Shown here: positions 6,759 through 7,835 of the stretch, piece by piece
How the letters are laid out: each line of letters starts with the position of its first letter
Numbering within the stretch: position 1 is the stretch's first letter
From: Verrucomicrobiota bacterium
GTDB taxonomy: Bacteria; Verrucomicrobiota; Verrucomicrobiia; Chthoniobacterales; UBA6821
Length of the DNA stretch: 7,835 nt
Direction of reading: 5' to 3'
Assembly: GCA_008932965.1 (NCBI GenBank)
Contig: WBXG01000070.1
Location: 1 to 7,835 of the forward strand
The notes under the pieces: generated by a model
Databases searched by the model: none
Told to the model about the DNA's origin: nothing
The model's input: the letters and a program-made list of their open reading frames with translations, nothing else
Translations under genes and position numbers: made by a program

Positions 6759-7678
6759 AATCCGAAGGCACAGGGGCAAGATCCAAACATCTCTGCAAAA
6801 GCTTTGGAAAAATGACTCAGACTCGAATATCCCACGGCCATCGCAGCCTCGGTCACATTATATTTGCCACTACGTAATAATGTGGCAGCACGTTCCAAAC
6901 GCCTATTTCTAAGATAACGACTGATTGTCATTCCTGTATACAAAGTAAAAGTACGACTGAGGTAGGAAGGACTACAGCCGGCATTGCGAGCACACTCCTG
7001 GAGCGATGGAGGATTTTCTAGGTTTTGAGCTAGATTTTTTTTAACAGATTCAATGCGTTCTAAAGCAAGACGCTCCTTACGGTGAGTGCAAAAATCTTCT
7101 AAAGGTTCTAGGAGTGTATGAGAAAGCAGTTCGAGTATTTTTGAATAAAACCATAACTCTGGACGTTCCTTTTGGTGATGAGGTAGAAAGAGCTCTTCAC
7201 ACACCGATCGCAGATGAAGACAAAAAGGAGAAAGGATCGGTTTTGTTTTTTTAGGATTTTGTTTGAGAAAGGGGATAATCTCTTTTTTTATCGGGTGAGG
7301 ATATGTTTTTAATAGTGAGGAAAGCCAGTTAGTAGAAATTTCTAAAATTAAAAAATGATGTTTTTGATCTGCCTCTCGCTGCATGAGGAGTAGGGCATTT
7401 TTTTTTACTAAAGAGACAATTTTTTGAAAAGAGACTTGCAGGTGAAAGTTCTGTTCAGGTTCCTTTTTGGAATGACTCGAAATATAAGCGTTGCCGCTAA
7501 TATTAAGGAGCAATATTAAAGAGCCATTCTGATAATGGTCTGAGATTGACGTTGGGTGACTTGTTCTAAATTGATAGCGCGTCAATAAGACCCCTCTCTC
7601 TGCTAGGGGGCCATAGAAAATGAGTCCGCGTGCGGTATCGGATCTTTTATCATTAATAGGGTTCATTTCTGTGACCAT
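6731..7678 (-). CDS. AraC/XylS-family transcriptional regulator
   Basis: The C-terminal ~100 aa form a classic double helix-turn-helix AraC domain (LQECARNAGCSPSYLSRTFTLYTGMTISRYLRNRRLERAATLLRSGKYNVTEAAMAVGYSSLSHFSKAFAEMFG). The ~200 aa N-terminal domain has unknown ligand specificity. An alternative start at Met5 (7666) is possible. The TGA stop at 6731-6733 lies inside the apaG 3' end. Confidence 0.85.
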   Translation of the reverse strand: MVTEMNPINDKRSDTARGLIFYGPLAERGVLLTRYQFRTSHPTSISDHYQNGSLILLLNISGNAYISSHSKKEPEQNFHLQVSFQKIVSLVKKNALLLMQREADQKHHFLILEISTNWLSSLLKTYPHPIKKEIIPFLKQNPKKTKPILSPFCLHLRSVCEELFLPHHQKERPELWFYSKILELLSHTLLEPLEDFCTHRKERLALERIESVKKNLAQNLENPPSLQECARNAGCSPSYLSRTFTLYTGMTISRYLRNRRLERAATLLRSGKYNVTEAAMAVGYSSLSHFSKAFAEMFGSCPCAFGFYSGTSSKE

Positions 7679-7699
7679 ACCATTTCAGTCAAGGGTGTA

Positions 7700-7835
7700 A
7701 TGAGCTTTCCACAAGTAGCCATAGATTTAGCCCGCATATTTCATACTGATCGTAACGAGGAGGCCGCGAAGGCTGATGTAGACAAGGAAGGTGATGGATT
7801 GCGACGACGGCTGTATGTTTCATAATGCCCGAGGA
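7700..7835 (+). ncRNA. Candidate 6S-like RNA, copy 2 (compact form), truncated by the right window edge; 5' end not determined
   Basis: 7731-7784 (CCCGCAUAUUUCAUACUGAUCGUAACGAGGAGGCCGCGAAGGCUGAUGUAGAC) aligns by hand to the minus strand of 1170->1117 at about 80% identity. The shared stretch includes AUAUUUCAUACUG. The equivalent long-range helix is present: CAUAC 7742-7746 pairs with GUAUG 7813-7817, and UCGU 7750-7753 with ACGA 7804-7807. UGCGACGAC at 7800-7808 matches a 3'-half segment of E. coli 6S as I recall it. The domain enclosed by the helix is 76 nt, against about 72 nt in E. coli by my count. Confidence 0.4.

Noticed and set aside
997-7817. The two inverted homologous segments (1117-1170 and 7731-7784) could be terminal inverted repeats of a composite transposon or invertible segment spanning about 6.5 kb.
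   Set aside because: The interior consists of core housekeeping genes (mnmA, ribBA, aspS, apaG, 5-FCL) with no transposase, integrase or invertase. Homology extends outward through a structured region with an indel of about 90 nt, rather than ending at sharp termini. Paralogous structured RNA genes explain this better. Recombination between the copies could still invert the segment.
7689-7825. Small ORFs overlap copy 2: 41 aa on the plus strand (7700-7825, MSFPQVAIDLARIFHTDRNEEAAKADVDKEGDGLRRRLYVS) and 44 aa on the minus strand (7689-7823).
   Set aside because: They overlap each other on opposite strands. Neither has an SD sequence or a recognisable motif. The DNA is homologous to the non-coding copy 1, where no equivalent ORF is maintained. 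They are most likely chance ORFs in an RNA locus.

Overview
This AT-rich bacterial window (roughly 40-45% G+C by eye) is mostly ordinary housekeeping sequence. The left edge holds the 3' part of a repeat-containing helical protein gene, whose frame stays open to position 2. A 5-formyltetrahydrofolate cyclo-ligase gene (ygfA-type) lies on the minus strand. A co-directional plus-strand cluster follows: mnmA, ribBA, aspS and apaG, separated by gaps of 70, 47 and 38 nt, so probably one operon. An AraC-family regulator gene on the minus strand overlaps the apaG 3' end by 28 nt. I see no defence system, CRISPR array, transposase, tRNA or rRNA. The most interesting signal is non-coding. The only strongly GC-rich segment (about 1001-1150, roughly 64% G+C by hand count) sits between the convergent ends of ORF1 and the cyclo-ligase gene. 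Read on the minus strand, it contains GGAUAUUUCAUAC, which matches my recollection of the 5' central-bubble sequence of E. coli 6S RNA (GAUAUUUCAUAC). A long-range helix encloses the GC-rich interior. A second, shorter and diverged copy of the same element lies in inverted orientation at 7731-7817 and runs off the right edge. It is about 80% identical to copy 1 over roughly 52 aligned nt. It also carries UGCGACGAC, which I recall from the 3' half of E. coli 6S. I interpret the two copies as 6S-like RNA paralogues, one of them linked to ygfA as in the classical ssrS-ygfA association but in the reverse order. This rests on hand alignment and a remembered reference sequence, and I could not find a convincing closing stem, so it needs a covariance-model check. 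Apart from one AAGGAG before an internal Met of the cyclo-ligase ORF, the gene starts lack obvious Shine-Dalgarno sequences.
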